DNA of 64,000 nucleotides from an uncultured Pseudobdellovibrionaceae bacterium (GTDB lineage Bacteria; Pseudomonadota; Alphaproteobacteria; Micavibrionales; Micavibrionaceae): NCBI GenBank assembly GCA_964493095.1, contig CAZBNG010000001.1, positions 22,600 to 86,599 of the forward strand, read 5' to 3'. Shown piece by piece: positions 54,612 to 63,119 of this stretch (position 1 is its first letter; each line of letters starts with the position of its first letter). The notes under the pieces were generated by a model. It saw only the letters and a program-made list of their open reading frames with translations, ran no database searches and was not told where the DNA came from. The position numbers and the translations under genes were made by a program.

Positions 54612-56345
54612 ATGAACTTTAGGGCAACACAAAAATACGCATTTGGCGCCTTGATCTGCCTGCTGGCCTATCTGCAGGCCGGTGCGGCTCATGCCGGGCT
54701 GTTTGGCAGCTCAAGTTTCGGCTTCAGCGACATCGCTGAGAACCTTGTAAAATCCGTTACTGATCTTCCCGGCCTGCTTACCGGCATGGCTTACCTGGTC
54801 GGCCTTCTTTTAGGCGCCCTGGGGGTTAAAGACCTTAAAAGCCACGTCGAAAACGCCCAGCAAACACCCTTAAGAAATGCCCTTATCAAGCTTCTTGGCG
54901 GCGGGGCGATGTTCTCGCTGCCCATTGTCTATGACGCCATGCAAAACGCCATTAACCCGGGCGATGTAAGCTTCAGCAGCGGCGGCGGCGTTGGAACGTT
55001 TGTATCGTCAATTATCGGTTCGATTTCAGGCTTTGTTCCTACGGCCAATATTAACGAAATTCTCTCCAGCATCATCGATTCCATTGAGAAAGTTCCCGGC
55101 CTTGTGTCGGCTATCGCTTACCTGCTTGGTCTTTTGTTTGGTTATATCGGTGTCAGCAAAATCAAAGAGCACGTAGAAAATCCCGACCAGAAACCCCTGA
55201 AAGACGGCGTTGTTTACCTCCTGATCGGCGGCGCGTTGTTTTCTATACCCACTGTTTACAACGCGATGCAAAGCGCGATCGAAGGGGGCGGATCGGGTAT
55301 CCTGAGCGACATTACCTCGGCACTGGGGTCAGCATCCATTTTCTACTCTTCAGAAGCCGGCGATCTGGCCTGCAGCCCTATCAGCATTCCGTTTATCGGG
55401 GCCTTCATCGGCGGAGATATTTCAGTCGGCAACGCGCTTTGCGGTATTATCCGCAATGCCGGGGCTTTGCCCGCCTTCCTGACCGCTATCTCTTACCTGT
55501 TTGGCGTGTTCTTAGGCCTCTGGGCTCTGCTGAAATTAAGAGACCATGTTCTTAACCCTTCACAGACCCCTATCTGGGACAGCGTGGCCCGCTTCGTTGC
55601 CGGCGGCGCGTTTTTCGCCCTGCCCGTAATTATCGATGCGGCACGCAACACCGTCACGCCGGAAAGCCTTGTTGTCTCAGGTTCATTTGTAAGCAACACC
55701 GGTTTTAACATCGCTTCCAGCGGAGGCGGCTTTTTTGACGATCCCATAGGCACAATTATCGGCGGCCTGTTGGGCAACGGCGGCGGCTGCACCCCCGGCG
55801 GCGGTGGCCTGGATACGGCCCTTGCCTGCTTTATGAGCGATATTTTCGGTCCGCTTCACGTTCTGCTTAATTTCTTCGGCGTTGTGGCCGGCACGATCCT
55901 GATCATGATCGGCATATCCCGCCTTCTGAAAAGCGCGCAGGACGGGGCACGCGGCCCGGGCGGACTGGGCACTATGATGACGTTCCTGGTTGGCGGCGCA
56001 TTGATCTCGTTTAACTCCCTGATCCGGGCATTTTCGACATCCCTGTTCAGCAGCCCCGTTACTTTTACCTACGCCGAAATACAATATGGATTGTCCGGAA
56101 GTGCGCTGGCAAGCGCAAATACCGTCATCAGCTCCATATTACAGTTCATGATCCTTGTGGGATTGATAAGCTTTGTTCGCGGCCTTTTCATCATGCGTGA
56201 CGTTGCCGAAGGCAACGGTCAGGCTTCGATGATGGCCAGCGTAACTCATCTTATTGGCGGGGCTTTAGCCGTCAATTTGGGGCCATTACTCAACGCTGTC
56301 CAGGCAACGCTTGGCATCGCGGGTTTTGGTGTAACGTTCTCTTAA
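54612..56345 (+). CDS. icmC: IcmC/DotE-position polytopic membrane protein built from five tandem IcmD-like two-helix modules (577 aa)
   Basis: The module (D/K)(L/V)PGL.t..aYL.GL..G..g..k.K.HVENp.QtPL......L.gGGA.F.lP..Y.A recurs three times clearly and twice in degenerate form. It is closely similar to the 134-aa product of the next gene. Confidence 0.65.
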   Translation: MNFRATQKYAFGALICLLAYLQAGAAHAGLFGSSSFGFSDIAENLVKSVTDLPGLLTGMAYLVGLLLGALGVKDLKSHVENAQQTPLRNALIKLLGGGAMFSLPIVYDAMQNAINPGDVSFSSGGGVGTFVSSIIGSISGFVPTANINEILSSIIDSIEKVPGLVSAIAYLLGLLFGYIGVSKIKEHVENPDQKPLKDGVVYLLIGGALFSIPTVYNAMQSAIEGGGSGILSDITSALGSASIFYSSEAGDLACSPISIPFIGAFIGGDISVGNALCGIIRNAGALPAFLTAISYLFGVFLGLWALLKLRDHVLNPSQTPIWDSVARFVAGGAFFALPVIIDAARNTVTPESLVVSGSFVSNTGFNIASSGGGFFDDPIGTIIGGLLGNGGGCTPGGGGLDTALACFMSDIFGPLHVLLNFFGVVAGTILIMIGISRLLKSAQDGARGPGGLGTMMTFLVGGALISFNSLIRAFSTSLFSSPVTFTYAEIQYGLSGSALASANTVISSILQFMILVGLISFVRGLFIMRDVAEGNGQASMMASVTHLIGGALAVNLGPLLNAVQATLGIAGFGVTFS

Positions 56346-56404
56346 AATATGATAGAATCAACAGAGGCGTTTTAGTCAGCAACATGCTAGAGGAGAAGTA
56401 AAAA

Positions 56405-56809
56405 ATGTTAAAAGCACTGAAAAAATATTACTACGCGATGGGCGCAGGATTGACGCTGGGCTTGTTGGGCGACATGGGCACAGCCCATGCGCAAAGTTCG
56501 GGCGGAAGCACGTTCAGTACTATCGCCGAAAACATCAACACATCCTTCGAAGACCTGCCGGGCCTGATTACCGGCCTGTCCTATCTCGCGGGTACGGGTC
56601 TGGGCGTTCTTGGTATCATGAAAATCAAGGACCACGTTGAAAACCCGACACAAACACCTTTGAAAGAAGGCGCAATCCGTCTGGTTGCCGGCGGCGCTCT
56701 GTTCGCGCTACCTATCATCTACGATGCGATGTTCACGACAATCGATGCCGGAACAGGCGGAGATGTAGGAGCCGCCGGACTGAACAAGGTCCAGTTTAAC
56801 GTTAACTAA
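56405..56809 (+). CDS. icmD: T4BSS small inner-membrane protein IcmD/DotP (IncI TraR-like)
   Basis: It is 134 aa and consists of a signal/anchor plus one module: DLPGLITGLSYLAGTGLGVLGIMKIKDHVENPTQTPLKEGAIRLVAGGALFALPIIYDAM. Its position is between icmC and icmJ. Confidence 0.72.
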   Translation: MLKALKKYYYAMGAGLTLGLLGDMGTAHAQSSGGSTFSTIAENINTSFEDLPGLITGLSYLAGTGLGVLGIMKIKDHVENPTQTPLKEGAIRLVAGGALFALPIIYDAMFTTIDAGTGGDVGAAGLNKVQFNVN

Positions 56810-56837
56810 TAGCGTTAAGGCGGATAAGCAAGCTGCA

Positions 56838-57587
56838 ATGGCGAACGTTCCCATCATTCTCGGCGTGGCACGTCCTGCAAAGCGTGTCGCCGGAAAGAAA
56901 AAGGGGAGCGGGGCTGGTAATACCGGCTCCGCTTCGTCCTCAAAGCCGCTCTCTGCAGAAGAGCGGGCCAAGGTCTTCGAACGTGACGACTTCACTTGCA
57001 AATGCTGCGGATTTAAATCCAAGAAATATCAGGAAGTTCTGTTTTTAAACGGTGACACAACTGATAAATCCGGTAAAAACCTGGCCACAGTATGTATTTT
57101 CTGCCATCAGTGTTTCCATCTCGATCAGGTCAGCATCATGCGTTCCGGCGTGCTGCTCTGGTTGCCGGAAATCAAGCAGGCCCGGCTTCACCATATCGCC
57201 CGCGCAATCTATGTGGCGCGCATTTCGCAAGGGCCGGCCGCCGACGCGGCCCGGAAATCCCTTGACGCCCTGATGGAACGGCGTGAAGAGGTGAAAAGAC
57301 GCATCGGCATTGACGACCCCTATATCCTGAGCATGGTCCTGCGGGATTACCTAAGCCCCGGCGCTTACAAAGCGCGCCGGAAAAAACTGGAAGGCATACG
57401 CCTTTTCCCTCTGGACCGGCGCATTATCAGGGAAGCGGAATTGGAGTTTAACCAATTCCCGCAGATTTTGGCCTATTGGCGCTCGAAGGATGGCCCTTTC
57501 GGTGGAAAAACACCCAATAACTGGATTTCGATATACCAAAACCTGGCGAGAGAATACGAGGAAATACAGGGGAAAAACGCCGCTTAA
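56838..57587 (+). CDS. icmJ: T4BSS cytoplasmic Cys-cluster (zinc-binding-type) protein IcmJ/DotN (IncI TraT-like)
   Basis: Paired CxxC motifs are present in DDFTCKCCGFKS...VCIFCHQCFHLD. It lies immediately upstream of icmB. Confidence 0.72.
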   Translation: MANVPIILGVARPAKRVAGKKKGSGAGNTGSASSSKPLSAEERAKVFERDDFTCKCCGFKSKKYQEVLFLNGDTTDKSGKNLATVCIFCHQCFHLDQVSIMRSGVLLWLPEIKQARLHHIARAIYVARISQGPAADAARKSLDALMERREEVKRRIGIDDPYILSMVLRDYLSPGAYKARRKKLEGIRLFPLDRRIIREAELEFNQFPQILAYWRSKDGPFGGKTPNNWISIYQNLAREYEEIQGKNAA

Positions 57588-57724
57588 TCATAATAAAACA
57601 GGCACCTTAATCCGGAAACAAAACAGGGCTTATAAAGCCAAGGACTTTCGTTGTCAGACTATGTCCGGTATATTAGGTGTGCAATTACAGTAATAAGTCA
57701 AACCCTTAAAGTTACCCGTCATCC

Positions 57725-60700
57725 ATGAACCATTTTCAACTGTTTCTCGCTCCGATACAAAAGGCCCTGCGGCAATCCGTATCTTCCTTTATCCGGCTTG
57801 AAACGGCGGATAACGAGACGACGATCGTTTCTTCAGACGGCTCCCTGATTTCTTACGTGAAAGTGGAGGGAAGCCGCCAGATTATCGGCGAGGAAGAGTT
57901 TGAAAATATCGTGGAAGGCGCCACGATCAAGATTGGTTCGCGGTTTGACTCCCAGGGCCATGCCCTGCAGGTCTATTTTACCCGCGATCCGGAGCGCATC
58001 CGTAAGGAGCTTGAGGCGCAAATTCGCCCTTCCCGTGTGTCTGCAGAGGCCATTGGCCTTGAAATCGACGATGTTTTTGACGAACGGATCAACACGCTTG
58101 AGCGTTTTCTGACTCACGAGGAATGTTATTTCGTCCTGTGGACCCGCCCGAGCGCCCTGAGTAAAAACGAGTTCCAACGCACGGCCAAGGAAGCCAAGGA
58201 AAAGGCCAAAAGCTGGCTTCCTTCCGTCAATGCCCAGTATCCCTTTGCGGCGCTGGATCCGCTTCGGACACGCCATAAAAGCTATGTCGGCGCTATTATG
58301 TCGGCGCTGGACGAACTGGGCATGAGCGCCCAGATTTTGGAAGTGCACGAAGCCCTGAAACATGTACGCAACAACCTGTTCCCCGATCATGCCAACGACG
58401 AATGGCGCGCCTGCCTGCCCGGTGATCCTATCCCGCCGCGCGCGCCGGGCGACCGGGTGGATATGTCCGACCTGCTTTGGCCCAATCTGGCTTCACAGAT
58501 CACTGCGGCGGACGCCAAAACGATGGGGAAATCGGTCGTGCGCATCGGAAACCTGCTCTGGGCCGGCGGGGATATGACGCTGGGCCCCATGGACGCAACA
58601 GGCTTTCCCATCCTTCTCAACCGCCTTGTCGAAGCCGACATCCCTTTCCGCATTTCCTTCCTGATAGAGGGCGGCGGGGCTTATGCCACGCAATTCCGGG
58701 CCTTCCTGGCTTCCATCATGACCCCGACCAATTCCACCAACCGTCAGGTGAAATATTCCCTTGAAGGGCTGCAGGCCATGGCCCGCAGCGAGGCCGTCGT
58801 ACGGCTGCGCGTTTCTTTCGCCACATGGTGCAGACTGGAGGAAAAAGATAAAATCCTCGACCAGCTCTCCATTCTCCTGCAATCCATCGAGAGCTGGGGT
58901 TACTGTCAGGTCAGCGAGTTTTCCGGCGACCCGCTGGATTGCGTCATGTCTTCAGCGATGGGCATTCATTGCGCGGGCACGGCCCCGACGGGCATCGCTC
59001 CGATGAAGGAAATCATGCGCCTGGTGCCCTGGCAACGCCCTTCCAGCCCGTTCCATCAGGGCTCTATGCTTTTCCGCACGCCCGACGGCAAAATCTGGCC
59101 CTATCAGACCGGCACGAATATGACCACAACGTGGTTTGACCTGATTTTCGCCCAGCCCGGCGCCGGTAAATCCGTCCTTTTAAACACCATGAATATGGGC
59201 ACCTGCCTCGGACCGGGGCTAAACAAGCTGCCCTTTATCGCCATCGTCGATATCGGGCCGTCTTCTTCCGGGCTGATTTCCCTGATCAAGGAAGCATTGC
59301 CGCTCAACCGTCAGCACGAAGCGGCGTATTACCGCCTGCAAATGGCTCACCAATACGCCATTAACCCGTTTGACACCCAGTTGGGCTGCCGTTTCCCCTT
59401 GCCCGATGAACGCAGCTATCTCGTCGAGCTTTTAACCCTGCTCTGCACGCCGCCCGGCCATGACCGCCCTTATGACGGTATCGCCCAGCTTGCGGGGCTG
59501 GTGGTGGATGAAATGTACCGCTGGCGCGACGACGTGGCGGCGAATGCCGAACCACGCCCTTATCTGCCGCGCCTTGAGAGCGAGGTAGACGAAGCGCTCC
59601 AGAAGTTCAACGTGCACCTGCCCGCCGACCCGTATTGGTGGGATATCGTGGACAAGATGTTCGAGCTGGAGCAATATCACATTGCCAATATCGCGCAGCG
59701 TCACGCCGTGCCGACGCTTAGCGACTCGATTACCGCCTCCCGTCGGCCGCAGATCCGTTCGTTGCTGGAAGAAACCGCCGTCGGCTTTACGGCGGAAAAC
59801 GTAATTAACGCCTTTGAGCGTATGGTTACTTCCGCGATCCGCGAATACCCGATCCTGTCTTCCGTCACCCAGTTCGATATCGCCGATGCGCGCATCTGCT
59901 CTCTCGACCTGATGGACGTGGCGCCGCAGGGCGACGAATCCGCCGACCGCCAGACCGCCATCATGTACATGCTGGCGCGCCATGCGCTGGTGCGCAGCTG
60001 GTGGATGAGCAAGGATACGCTGGTGCACGTACCTAAAAAATACCAGGAATACCATGAATTGCGTCTGCAGGAGATCAGCGAGTCCCCCAAACGCCTGTGT
60101 TATGACGAATTTCACCGCACCAGCAGTTCGCGCGCTGTGCGCTCGCAGGTCGTGCGCGACGTACGCGAGGGCCGTAAGCGCGGCGTACAGATCGTGCTGA
60201 CCTCCCAGTTGCTGGACGACTTTGACAAGGACATGGTGGACCTCGCCACCGGGGTATGGGTTCTGGGTACGGCGGTATCTGATAAGGCCGTGGACGACGT
60301 GCAGGACCGTTTCGGCCTTTCGGAAACGGCGCGGCGGGTTATCCGTCATAAACTGACCGGGCCCAAATCTATCGGGGCGCCCGCCCTGTTCGTCCTGGGC
60401 ACAACCGAAGGCCGCTATGAACAGCATTTATACAACACACTGGGCCCGATCGAGCTATGGGCGCTTTCCACCTCCGCCGAAGACGTGGCGATCCGCAACC
60501 GTACATACGCGCAACTGGGCGCGGGACGCGCCCGTCAGATGCTGGCCCGCGAATACCCCGGCGGCAGCGCCCGTTCGGAGATCCGCCGCCGCGTATTGGC
60601 ACGCAGCGAGAAGGGCGAAGCCCGCGCCGCCATGATCAGCGCCATTATTGATGAAATTGCCGAGGAAATCGTAGAAGCCAGCAAATCCGCACAGCGCAAC

Positions 60701-60733
60701 GAGGTTCCTGACCGGGTAAGACTCAAACCATGA
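57725..60733 (+). CDS. icmB: T4BSS ATPase IcmB/DotO (VirB4-class; IncI TraU-like)
   Basis: It is 1002 aa, with Walker A FAQPGAGKSVLLN and a Walker B region (RGVQIVLTSQ). Its size and position are typical of DotO. Confidence 0.9.
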   Translation: MNHFQLFLAPIQKALRQSVSSFIRLETADNETTIVSSDGSLISYVKVEGSRQIIGEEEFENIVEGATIKIGSRFDSQGHALQVYFTRDPERIRKELEAQIRPSRVSAEAIGLEIDDVFDERINTLERFLTHEECYFVLWTRPSALSKNEFQRTAKEAKEKAKSWLPSVNAQYPFAALDPLRTRHKSYVGAIMSALDELGMSAQILEVHEALKHVRNNLFPDHANDEWRACLPGDPIPPRAPGDRVDMSDLLWPNLASQITAADAKTMGKSVVRIGNLLWAGGDMTLGPMDATGFPILLNRLVEADIPFRISFLIEGGGAYATQFRAFLASIMTPTNSTNRQVKYSLEGLQAMARSEAVVRLRVSFATWCRLEEKDKILDQLSILLQSIESWGYCQVSEFSGDPLDCVMSSAMGIHCAGTAPTGIAPMKEIMRLVPWQRPSSPFHQGSMLFRTPDGKIWPYQTGTNMTTTWFDLIFAQPGAGKSVLLNTMNMGTCLGPGLNKLPFIAIVDIGPSSSGLISLIKEALPLNRQHEAAYYRLQMAHQYAINPFDTQLGCRFPLPDERSYLVELLTLLCTPPGHDRPYDGIAQLAGLVVDEMYRWRDDVAANAEPRPYLPRLESEVDEALQKFNVHLPADPYWWDIVDKMFELEQYHIANIAQRHAVPTLSDSITASRRPQIRSLLEETAVGFTAENVINAFERMVTSAIREYPILSSVTQFDIADARICSLDLMDVAPQGDESADRQTAIMYMLARHALVRSWWMSKDTLVHVPKKYQEYHELRLQEISESPKRLCYDEFHRTSSSRAVRSQVVRDVREGRKRGVQIVLTSQLLDDFDKDMVDLATGVWVLGTAVSDKAVDDVQDRFGLSETARRVIRHKLTGPKSIGAPALFVLGTTEGRYEQHLYNTLGPIELWALSTSAEDVAIRNRTYAQLGAGRARQMLAREYPGGSARSEIRRRVLARSEKGEARAAMISAIIDEIAEEIVEASKSAQRNEVPDRVRLKP

Positions 60734-61308
60734 CGGACAAACAAAAAAAATCCAAAAAACCCCGGAAGGCGAAAAAAGCCGCCTTTCTGATACCGGACGA
60801 AGAGGAAGAACAAAAGCCGCTCACCATTGAGGAACAAAAAGCGGAAAAGCGCCGTATTCGCAATAAACGACTTTCCATCGCCGGGGGCATCTTAAGCATT
60901 TTCTTTTTATTCTGGCTGTTATCGCGCCCCTATACAGGGGGGCCGGCTTTCGGAGTATGCAGAACCTTTTTGGAACTTTACGTAGAATACCCGCAGGAAC
61001 TGCGCCTGAGCAAAGTGGAGGATTACGGGCAGGAAATGCGCCTCTGGTATACGAAAATCGACCCTTACGGCGAATCTAACCTTGATTACATGCAGTGCTT
61101 TTTCCGCAACGATTCCAAAACAGGTTTTGCACTGGATAAAGTCATGGTTAACCGCCGGGAAGTTAACCCGGAAACGGTTAAAAGTTTTAACGTATCTATT
61201 CCCGCCATTTTAGCAAGCAAGCCGGATCTCACCCTTCCCCGGCCCCTTCCCGACAGCCTCGAGGACTTGCAACTCGACCCCAACCGCTACAAAATGCGCT
61301 TGTTTTAA
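60730..61308 (+). CDS. Lys-rich single-pass membrane protein translationally coupled to icmB (unknown function)
   Basis: Its start overlaps the icmB stop (ATGA). The N-terminus MTDKQKKSKKPRKAKKAAF is followed by a TM helix (IAGGILSIFFLFWLL) and a ~120-aa extracytoplasmic domain. Confidence 0.5.
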   Translation: MTDKQKKSKKPRKAKKAAFLIPDEEEEQKPLTIEEQKAEKRRIRNKRLSIAGGILSIFFLFWLLSRPYTGGPAFGVCRTFLELYVEYPQELRLSKVEDYGQEMRLWYTKIDPYGESNLDYMQCFFRNDSKTGFALDKVMVNRREVNPETVKSFNVSIPAILASKPDLTLPRPLPDSLEDLQLDPNRYKMRLF

Positions 61309-61388
61309 AGCCGAGGGCGCCTACATCATTGCGGACACGGCCAAAAACGCCGTAAACGTTTAAAGCGAATCTGAAATAAGGGGACAGC

Positions 61389-62429
61389 ATGAAATACCGT
61401 AAACTTGGCCGCACCGGCCTCGATGTAAGCGTCATTTGCCTGGGCACCATGACATGGGGCCGCCAGAATACCGAAGCCGACGGCCACGAGCAGATGGATT
61501 ATGCGCTCTCACAGGGTGTGAATTTCTGGGATACCGCGGAAATGTATGCCGTGCCCCCCAACGCCGATACATACGGCAAGACGGAGACCATAATCGGTAC
61601 GTGGTTTGCCAAAAACCCCGCCAAAAGGCAGGAGGTTATTCTTGCCTCCAAAATCGCCGGGCCCGGTCTGGGATGGGTGCGCGGGGGCAATTATAAAATC
61701 GACCGTAAAAACATAGAGGAAGCGGTGGAAGGCTCCCTTAAGCGCCTGCAAACCGATTACATCGATCTTTACCAGCTTCACTGGCCCAACCGCGGCTCCT
61801 ATCATTTCAGCCAGCAATGGGGTTTTACCCCGAAATTCGACCGCGAGGCCGTAGAGGCCAATTTCCTTGAAGTTCTGGAAGCGCTGAATGAGCATATCAA
61901 AGCCGGGAAGATCCGCCATATCGGCCTGTCTGATGAAACCGCATGGGGCACGATGAAATATCTGGAGCTGGCGGAAAAACACGGCCTGCCGCGCATGCAA
62001 TCCATTCAGAATGAATATTCCCTGCTGTGCCGCCTGTTCGAACCTGATTTTCACGAGATCGCCATGGCCGAGGATTGCGGCCTGCTGGCATGGTCGCCGC
62101 TGGCCACCGGCATGATCAGCGGCAAATATCTTGATGGCGCGCGGCCCGCGGGCACACGCTGGACGTTGCTGGACAAGCCGCCCAGAGATACAAAGAAAGG
62201 ACAGGATGCTGTGCGTGCCTATATGGCTGTGGCGGATAAGCACGGGCTGGATGTGACCCAAATGGCGCTGGCTTTTGTAAACTCCCGGCCCTTCGTAACC
62301 GCCAATATTATCGGCGCAACGAATATGGAGCAGCTTAAATCCAATATCGCCTCGATTGATCTGGAACTATCGCCGGATGCGCTGTCCGATATCGAAACGG
62401 TACGGCGCGATTGCCCGATGGTTTATTAG
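61389..62429 (+). CDS. NADP-dependent aldo/keto reductase (Tas-like)
   Basis: MKYRKLGRTGLDVSVICLGTMTWG, DTAEMY and LYQLHWP are typical AKR motifs. Confidence 0.9.
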   Translation: MKYRKLGRTGLDVSVICLGTMTWGRQNTEADGHEQMDYALSQGVNFWDTAEMYAVPPNADTYGKTETIIGTWFAKNPAKRQEVILASKIAGPGLGWVRGGNYKIDRKNIEEAVEGSLKRLQTDYIDLYQLHWPNRGSYHFSQQWGFTPKFDREAVEANFLEVLEALNEHIKAGKIRHIGLSDETAWGTMKYLELAEKHGLPRMQSIQNEYSLLCRLFEPDFHEIAMAEDCGLLAWSPLATGMISGKYLDGARPAGTRWTLLDKPPRDTKKGQDAVRAYMAVADKHGLDVTQMALAFVNSRPFVTANIIGATNMEQLKSNIASIDLELSPDALSDIETVRRDCPMVY

Positions 62430-63055
62430 GCGGGGCCGGAAACTTCCACATCAGATTTTTCTATATATGCGGGCCTGACGGGAGGGGGCAAAGTAACCAT
62501 AATTTGCTTTGTAATCACTTCAAAAGCGCTTTTTATTGAAGCAGCATCATCGATAAGTTGATCCAAATCCCGAATAGCGGGTAAGCCTGGCCTTTCAGAT
62601 GTCATTTTTGCATCGTAAGCAATCTTAAGCTTCTTTAAGTTTGCCTCATATGTAGCCCACAATGTCTGGGTTTGCAAAAACGGTGGCATAATTGCCATGG
62701 CATTTACGAAAGTAGCTACAGGCAACTCTCGACTCGAGGTTAAAATGTCCTCAAGGGGCGGCTGAAGACGCGCTAAAAAAACCATGCTACGGGCAAGGCT
62801 TTCCCTATCTGCCGGGGAAACAACCTTGCTTTGAAAAGCCTTTTTATGAATGCCATACAAACCATCGGCCGCCATCGAATTGTTGCTAATATTTACTATA
62901 AACCACTTCAGAAAAATGAAGAAATCTATGTTCTTAACCGGGGCTTTAAATTCCCATGCAGAGTTTGGAAATTTTGCCACAAAACGTTTCACAGCTTCTG
63001 GCGCTTCCGCCAAAAGTAACGCGCTTAACAGACTTTTTTGTTCAATTATCTGCAT
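62426..63055 (-). CDS. Hypothetical protein (209 aa) in a short AT-rich patch
   Basis: An ORF of visibly lower GC than its neighbours, with no recognisable motif. Confidence 0.4.
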   Translation of the reverse strand: MQIIEQKSLLSALLLAEAPEAVKRFVAKFPNSAWEFKAPVKNIDFFIFLKWFIVNISNNSMAADGLYGIHKKAFQSKVVSPADRESLARSMVFLARLQPPLEDILTSSRELPVATFVNAMAIMPPFLQTQTLWATYEANLKKLKIAYDAKMTSERPGLPAIRDLDQLIDDAASIKSAFEVITKQIMVTLPPPVRPAYIEKSDVEVSGPA

Positions 63056-63119
63056 AATTTTCTATAAATTTTATATGAAAAACAGGGCTATAATAACACT
63101 AAATTATCAATTATGTCAA

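Noticed and set aside
59432..60427. A 331-aa ORF antisense to icmB, plus smaller ones nearby
   Set aside because: The translation is Arg/His/Gly-rich with no motifs. icmB (Walker A, 1002 aa) fully explains the region.
61509..62261. A 250-aa ORF antisense to the aldo/keto reductase
   Set aside because: The sense-strand AKR motifs are clear, and the antisense product is low-complexity.
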